DNA from: Dendrobates tinctorius
Lineage: Eukaryota
Direction: 5' to 3'
DNA: 64,000 bases
NCBI RefSeq assembly: GCF_039654945.1
Contig: NW_027361711.1
Span: 1,240,001-1,304,000 of the forward strand
Part shown: one piece after another, positions 63,532-64,000 of the stretch
How the letters are laid out: every line of letters begins with the position of its first letter
How positions within the stretch are numbered: the stretch's first letter is position 1
Notes under the pieces: generated by a model
Database searches by the model: none
Seen by the model: the letters and a program-made list of their open reading frames with translations, nothing else
What the model was told of the DNA's origin: nothing
Program-made: the position numbers and the translations under genes

Positions 63532-64000
63532 GTCGCACAATGGAACGGAGGCGGCAGACCAAGCAGTTGGGGGAGGCCCCAGGTCTAGCATCTCCCTGAG
63601 AGCCATGTTAAATAATTTGCCAAAATTCTCTGGGAACAATGTTATGTTGTGGAATTGGACGGAGTCCATCCGAGGGATGATGCGGATGCATCCCATGATG
63701 CCAGCCCTGGAAGCAGAGATAGCAGTGATGGCCCTAGAGGGGGAGGCCCAGACGAGAGATACCCTGGACAAAGTTCTACTTATACTCGAGGAGACACATG
63801 GGGACCCCACTGACGTAGGTTAGCTGCGCATGCGACTGTTCCACCGGGTTCAAAGAGAGGGGGAGACAGTGACGCAGTTTATGAATGCCCTGCAGGAACT
63901 CTATACTGCCATTACCCGGAAGGATGGCATAGGCGTAGGGACGATTGACATTGTGCTGCGAGACCAGCTGGTGATGGGTTTGCGTGACGTGATGATGAAG
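63530..64000 (+). pseudogene. gag: PNMA-like Gypsy gag with an in-frame stop, running off the window edge
   Basis: LPKFSG...MALEGEA...LEETHGD...*LRMRLFHRVQREGETVTQFMNALQEL...LRDQLVMGL. Confidence 0.82.

Overview
Eukaryotic DNA made almost entirely of transposable elements. The repeat set (chromoviral Gypsy, Penelope-like elements, T2/Kolobok, Harbinger and hAT MITEs, CR1, L2, TTAGGG) points to a vertebrate, probably a frog; this is an inference. I found no host gene, tRNA, rRNA or CRISPR array. Many elements are nested and bounded by exact target-site duplications (TSDs): two Tf1/sushi-type chromoviruses with self-priming sites, Mag-like and PNMA-gag Gypsy ends primed by tRNA-Ser, a Copia, four solo LTRs, a Helitron, hAT and Tc1 transposase fossils, and L1/CR1/L2 fragments. 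The most interesting layer is non-coding. Two Penelope-like RT/GIY-YIG fossils lie among several short retro-insertions that are inverted or head-to-tail. Some carry minimal hammerhead ribozymes. Two otherwise dissimilar families share a covarying HDV-like double-pseudoknot motif with a palindromic P4 (14036-14126, 49227-49311 and its mirror 48363-48447). This is a candidate retrozyme-like system that uses a non-canonical HDV-type fold. All folds and alignments were done by eye and are untested.
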